Shown here: positions 6,381 through 10,202 of the stretch, piece by piece | How the letters are laid out: each line of letters starts with the position of its first letter | Numbering within the stretch: position 1 is the first letter of the stretch | DNA from: Candidatus Thorarchaeota archaeon | GTDB lineage: Archaea > Asgardarchaeota > Thorarchaeia > Thorarchaeales > Thorarchaeaceae | Direction of reading: 5' to 3' | DNA: 10,202 nucleotides | Assembly (NCBI GenBank): GCA_003345555.1 | Contig: PRDJ01000060.1 | Span: 1 to 10,202 of the forward strand | Made by a program: the position numbers and the translations under genes | The notes under the pieces: model-generated | Told to the model about the DNA's origin: nothing | The model's input: only the letters and a program-made list of their open reading frames with translations | The model's database searches: none

Positions 6381-7091
6381 CTAATCATTTCGGCCTTGGA
6401 TGGCCTGAGAGTATCTCTCTTCGTCTCTTGCGACTATCATGGTAAGCCCAGTGATAGCCTTAACAACAACACTCTCGCCTTGTTTTATTGGAGGACCGGA
6501 TGTCCTTGCCCACCAGATTTCAGATCCCGCCCTGACCTTGCCTCTCGGGTTTATGTCTGTTATAGCGACAACATCATGTGTCTTGCCGTATGTGTACTCG
6601 GGCCACTTGTCGTAATTGCGAAGGAAGACGAAGTAAAGGCTCATCAATGCACCGACCGTGCCGACCATGATATACACTGCCGTTCGGCGAGTCGGGTCCA
6701 CAATGACAGAGAGGAGTATCGCGAGGCCGTAGAGTGGGAAGAGTTTCAATGAGAGCTTTGCGTCAATGAGTCCTCCTTCGAGTGTCCCTCCACCGCCTGT
6801 GAAGAGGGTGAAGAGCATGTATAGGATGCCCCCGACTACCACTAGCATCCACAGCTCGAACTGAAAGCTCGGATTTAGGAATAACTGGAAGAGGAAGAGG
6901 ATGAGGACGATTGGAATGGTCACCTGAGCCATTGCCTTCCCGGTGGCCGGATCAAGGGTTACAACCATCAGTGTGAGCAAGACACTTAGCAGTATCAAGC
7001 CGACAAATGGGTCAAACATCAGATCTCCTATGATCATGCTAAGTGCTGACACCATCATCAGCACTACGATGATCTTTATCCAAGCGTCCAT
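6381..7091 (-). CDS. NfeD-like membrane protein (about 6 TM helices plus C-terminal OB-fold, no ClpP-like protease domain)
   Basis: C-terminal GKVRAGSEIWWARTSGPPIKQGESVVVKAITGLTMIV matches the NfeD OB-fold signature. Directly downstream of an SPFH gene. GGAG immediately upstream of the ATG. Confidence 0.85.
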   Translation of the reverse strand: MDAWIKIIVVLMMVSALSMIIGDLMFDPFVGLILLSVLLTLMVVTLDPATGKAMAQVTIPIVLILFLFQLFLNPSFQFELWMLVVVGGILYMLFTLFTGGGGTLEGGLIDAKLSLKLFPLYGLAILLSVIVDPTRRTAVYIMVGTVGALMSLYFVFLRNYDKWPEYTYGKTHDVVAITDINPRGKVRAGSEIWWARTSGPPIKQGESVVVKAITGLTMIVARDEERYSQAIQGRND

Positions 7092-7122
7092 CTCCTACTG
7101 TCTCCCTTTCAACTCCTTCATT

Positions 7123-7968
7123 TCAGCTCTCCGCTTCAGCTGTCTTCTTTCTCTGAAGCTTTATGCCACCAGTTCCAGCAGCTATCGCGGCAGATATACT
7201 GGCGTTCATGCCAGCATCTGGTATGTTGGTAGGCACCATCAATATCAGGCTGGCGTTTGTGCTGATTTGCTGTATAACGTTCCAGATACGCAATGCGAAG
7301 CCAACGCTCGACTCCTCGTAAATGCGGGCAGCCTTGAGCATTGCTTCTGATGCCTCGAGCTCTGCCTGAGCCAGTGTAACTCTTGCTCTCCTTTCTCTCT
7401 CTGCTTGGGCTTCCCTGCTCATTGCGTCCTGAAGTTGGGTGGGAATGACAACATCTCTGATTTCAACTGCGGTGACTTTGATACCCCACTGTTCAGTTTT
7501 GATATCGATGACTTCCTGCAAGTGGGCGGCAATCTTGTCCCTCTCTGCAAGAATCTCGTCGAGCGGTGCCTTGCCAATAACCTCTCGCAAGGTTGTCTGA
7601 GCCGCGAGCTCGACAGCCACTGTGTACCTCTCTACGCTTAGAATCGCCTTCTCTACTTCAATGACCCTGAAGTACATCACTGCGTCCACGACAACCGGGA
7701 CGTTGTCTCTGGTAAGTGATCTCTCCGTCTTGAAAGCGTACGTCTGTAGTCGAAGAGACACTTTCATAGCGATTTTATCCAAGATGGGTGTAACCCATAT
7801 TACACCCGGACCTTTGATATGCTTGAACTTTCCAAGACGGAGTATAGCTACACGCTCCCACTCTTTTAGGACTCTGATTCCGCTTGCGATAAACATGAGC
7901 ACGAAAAATGCAAGCACAATGATCATGAATGTCCAGAGCGTGCTATTAAACAGGAATTCGAACTGCAA
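7123..7968 (-). CDS. SPFH domain / stomatin-like (band 7) membrane protein
   Basis: One N-terminal TM, then GIRVLKEWERVAILRLGK, GPGVIWVTPILD, SLTRDNVPVVVDAVMYFRV, AQTTLREVIG, WGIKVTAVEIRDV, MSREAQAERERRA. Start set at TTG 7968 (GGAGCG 8 nt upstream); ATG 8034 (near-leaderless) is an alternative. Confidence 0.93.
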   Translation of the reverse strand: MQFEFLFNSTLWTFMIIVLAFFVLMFIASGIRVLKEWERVAILRLGKFKHIKGPGVIWVTPILDKIAMKVSLRLQTYAFKTERSLTRDNVPVVVDAVMYFRVIEVEKAILSVERYTVAVELAAQTTLREVIGKAPLDEILAERDKIAAHLQEVIDIKTEQWGIKVTAVEIRDVVIPTQLQDAMSREAQAERERRARVTLAQAELEASEAMLKAARIYEESSVGFALRIWNVIQQISTNASLILMVPTNIPDAGMNASISAAIAAGTGGIKLQRKKTAEAES

Positions 7969-8060
7969 TTTACTTCGCTCCTTTTCACATATGACATGGG
8001 CAGTGCGGGTACCAGTACCGGCCTGATTCCCCATTCCCAAGCTCCTGTTACAGCGAACGC

Positions 8061-8074
8061 ATATGAAGTTTCGC
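8061..8074 (-). promoter_or_regulatory. Possible BRE/TATA (GCGAAACTTCATAT) for the stomatin-nfeD unit
   Basis: CGAAA followed by an AT-rich box in the intergenic region upstream of the SPFH gene. Confidence 0.35.
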
Positions 8075-8126
8075 TCCTAAGAAGTAGAGAAGCAGCTGTC
8101 CAACTTGCACTCCGGGGTTTGTGCCT

Positions 8127-8149
8127 AGCCGACGGAGCTTTCACGGCTC
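8127..8149 (-). terminator. Small hairpin right after the ECF S-component stop, related in sequence to the 6353-6373 hairpin
   Basis: Minus strand reads GAGCCGtgaaaGCTCcGTCGGCT, with a 5-bp AGCCG/CGGCT stem. Confidence 0.3.
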
Positions 8150-8150
8150 G

Positions 8151-8936
8151 CTATTCAGTCCTAAGTAGTTTCACCTGTTCTTCAGCGCGGTGCCCGACCA
8201 AGGGAAGGCCCAGATGTGCCGAGGCCATCGCCCTGCCTGTGGCTATGGCGATTACAGCAAGAACAATGGATGCAAGCCCTCGCTCGACAGGGTACACAAA
8301 CATGATTGCGATGTAGATTCCACCCAAAGTCGCGACATCATAGCCTATCGATATCGCATAGTACTGCCAGAGTGCAGAACCAACTAGGCTGTCGGCCATA
8401 AGTGCACAGAAACCTGTGAACCAATATGCTAGACCCACAACGGCAATACTAGTGCCGTTCGACAATGCAAGACCATTCCTGAGCTTTCCTGATATTCCTG
8501 GAATAGCGTAGAAGAACGAAAAGACAAGAGTTACGTAATGAAGCCACAGGAACCCTCTAGCTGCCAGTCCGATTGGTCCAACTACGAAGAGCAGAATGGT
8601 CAAGCCGAAGAGACCGTAAACAATCCAAGGGCGGCGCGTTACTAGTGCTCCTGCCGTCAAAGCTCCTGCCATCGGTGCCAGAGGTGTGAATATGGATATG
8701 ACAGCCACGCTGGGAAAAGCGATCATTGTCAAAACGGAACCTATTCCGACAGAGATCACACCATAGAGGGGTCCTAGTATGAGACCTATCAATGCTGCAG
8801 AGACCATACCCCAAGTAATGAGCCCGGCTCCTGCAGGTGTATAGGGCAGGAGTGAAACCACAAGATGAAATGCGGCGAATATGCCCGTGAGAGCCCAAGG
8901 ATAGGCGGGTGAACGGGTGGCCAGTGGCATGTCCAT
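8151..8936 (-). CDS. Integral membrane protein resembling an ECF transporter S-component; substrate unknown
   Basis: Hydrophobic throughout. N-terminal pattern FAAFHLVVSLLP...G..ITWG...IGLILGPLYGVISVGIGSVL is typical of S-components; C-terminal YPVER helix. Start ATG 8936 or 8930; the ORF-track start 9122 overlaps the next gene. Confidence 0.65.
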   Translation of the reverse strand: MDMPLATRSPAYPWALTGIFAAFHLVVSLLPYTPAGAGLITWGMVSAALIGLILGPLYGVISVGIGSVLTMIAFPSVAVISIFTPLAPMAGALTAGALVTRRPWIVYGLFGLTILLFVVGPIGLAARGFLWLHYVTLVFSFFYAIPGISGKLRNGLALSNGTSIAVVGLAYWFTGFCALMADSLVGSALWQYYAISIGYDVATLGGIYIAIMFVYPVERGLASIVLAVIAIATGRAMASAHLGLPLVGHRAEEQVKLLRTE

Positions 8937-9066
8937 GATCCCCTGCTTAGTAATCACAAAGAAGCTCGATATCGAGAGCTCCTGATCTCGGGTACTCTTA
9001 TGGGATGTGTATATGAGAGTATCTGCAAAGTGGAAAGGAGAACCTGTGAGTGGAGTAGCGTTCTGA

Positions 9067-9984
9067 TTAGCTACTTGATGATGCAAGTATCCAGAAGAAA
9101 ACCCCACCGAACACCCACACAAAGAGGCCTACACCAAGGACGATTCCAAGAGTGGATCCCATCAATGACGAACCAAGATTGACGTGCATATTCGAGAACC
9201 ATTTGCAGCCGCCAATGTACTTGGTTTGGGAACTGCAGTGGACATCTTTGTCAGTGACTGCCCCGCAAATGTCGCAAACAAACTTGTTCTGAATGACTGC
9301 TCCAAGGACACTATCCATATTGCAGCCAACAAAGCCTGTCAGGGCAGCTAGGGGAATGAACATGGTGATTTGATTTGCACTTGTTACTGGTACAGTGGAC
9401 GGTGCAAAGTAGGCAAACAAAACTACAATGAGACCGATTGCGAATCCAGCAGCCAAGGCTACCTGCTCTCCGAGGAGGGAGACTCCTCCTATGGTACCCC
9501 TAGGAACCTTCCTTCTAAGATTCGTTATCAGTCGTGGTGTCCTCTTGCTGAAGACTCCGATTTCGCTTGCCAAGTTATCCGAAGTAGTAGTTGCGATTGC
9601 ACCAACAAGCCCTGCAAACATGTAGAAGGGCAGGTCGGGATTAGTTGAGAGGCGCGGCGCAAGGTACATGCCAATTGCGAAGATTGTTGGAATGATACCG
9701 CTTGCTGTCACGTTCTTCCACGATCTTCTTCCCTTTGCTTCTTGGGCCACTCCTTGCTTCGCCTTAGCTTTGTACTTGAACTTGGTCGCTAATCCTGAAC
9801 TTAGAAAGAAGAACAGAAGAATCGTAAAAGCCGCGGGTCCGCCAGCATACCATACAATGAATCCAACCATGAAAGCACTAACCAATCCAGAAATGTCGAC
9901 AAAGTGCAATTTGTAGCTGACGCCTGCAAGTAGGGTCATTATCAGCAAGCCAGAAACAACTGGGTTCGATAGTAGTTCGAACAT
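9067..9984 (-). CDS. DUF92 / TMEM19 family membrane protein with a CxxC...HC putative zinc-binding insert
   Basis: Motifs ATKFKYKAK, RSWKNVTASG, SDNLASEIG, PRLIT, VPRGTIGGVSLLG, DSVLGA and NMHVN. ATG 9984 fits a leaderless start behind TTATAA (10010-10005); ATG 9993 is an alternative. Confidence 0.88.
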   Translation of the reverse strand: MFELLSNPVVSGLLIMTLLAGVSYKLHFVDISGLVSAFMVGFIVWYAGGPAAFTILLFFFLSSGLATKFKYKAKAKQGVAQEAKGRRSWKNVTASGIIPTIFAIGMYLAPRLSTNPDLPFYMFAGLVGAIATTTSDNLASEIGVFSKRTPRLITNLRRKVPRGTIGGVSLLGEQVALAAGFAIGLIVVLFAYFAPSTVPVTSANQITMFIPLAALTGFVGCNMDSVLGAVIQNKFVCDICGAVTDKDVHCSSQTKYIGGCKWFSNMHVNLGSSLMGSTLGIVLGVGLFVWVFGGVFFWILASSSS

Positions 9985-10004
9985 GCGACTCATCCATCCG
10001 TATG

Positions 10005-10015
10005 TTATAATTCTG
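10005..10015 (-). promoter_or_regulatory. Putative TATA box (CAGAATTATAA) of the DUF92 gene
   Basis: TTATAA 21-26 nt upstream of ATG 9984, preceded by purines. Confidence 0.45.
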
Positions 10016-10089
10016 AAAGAGTAGTTTGAGTATGAGTGCAACACGGGACAATTCTATGAGCATAAATCCCGTAACGATATTCATGTCAA

Positions 10090-10202
10090 ATGTTAGTTCG
10101 GGGTCCCGACGGCCCTTTTTATGTCTTTTCTAATGGTCAGTGGACCGGATTCGGCCTTTCTGACGTGATATTGGCTCTCATAGGTCTGATGGCGTCTGTT
10201 CA
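10090..10202 (+). CDS. Possible N-terminus of a divergent membrane protein (partial)
   Basis: Open frame MLVRGPDGPFYVFSNGQWTGFGLSDVILALIGLMASV runs to the window end and finishes in a hydrophobic stretch; CATAAAT lies ~23 nt upstream. A minus-strand open frame ending near 10093 is an equally possible alternative. Confidence 0.3.
   Translation, partial: MLVRGPDGPFYVFSNGQWTGFGLSDVILALIGLMASV

Noticed and set aside
8937-9122. Long N-terminal extension of the ECF S-like ORF (track start 9122)
   Set aside because: It overlaps the DUF92 gene end and crosses a region with regulatory-looking sequence. The ATGs at 8936/8930 have a purine-rich SD-like stretch.
9994-10044. N-terminal extension of DUF92 from the track start 10044
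   Set aside because: It spans the likely TATA box (TTATAA 10010-10005); the downstream ATGs fit better.
1-10202. Search for CRISPR repeats, IS ends/transposases, integrases and rRNA/tRNA
   Set aside because: No regularly spaced direct repeats, terminal inverted repeats with target duplications, recombinase motifs or structural RNA signatures were seen.

Overview
A gene-dense (~50% GC) prokaryotic window with archaeal hallmarks: BRE/TATA-like boxes upstream of genes, GGAG Shine-Dalgarno motifs and a Cdc48/VAT-type N-domain. An Asgard (Thorarchaeia-like) origin is my inference and is unverified. Left half: a head-to-head pair of amidohydrolase-fold paralogs. The plus-strand copy keeps the metal ligands. 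The minus-strand copy is absent from the supplied ORF track because it runs off the left edge, and it has lost every ligand. Next come an ATPase-less Cdc48 N-domain-vWA(MIDAS) fusion and a convergent HEAT-repeat protein with three ~33-aa LP-motif repeats. Right half: a membrane-protein cluster (CPBP/CAAX intramembrane protease, 6-TM NfeD-like protein, SPFH/stomatin, solitary ECF S-component-like protein, DUF92/TMEM19 protein). No rRNA, tRNA, CRISPR array or mobile element was seen. The best candidates for undescribed biology are the enzyme/pseudoenzyme pair and the Cdc48N-vWA adaptor-like protein. All family calls come from motif recognition by eye, not database searches.
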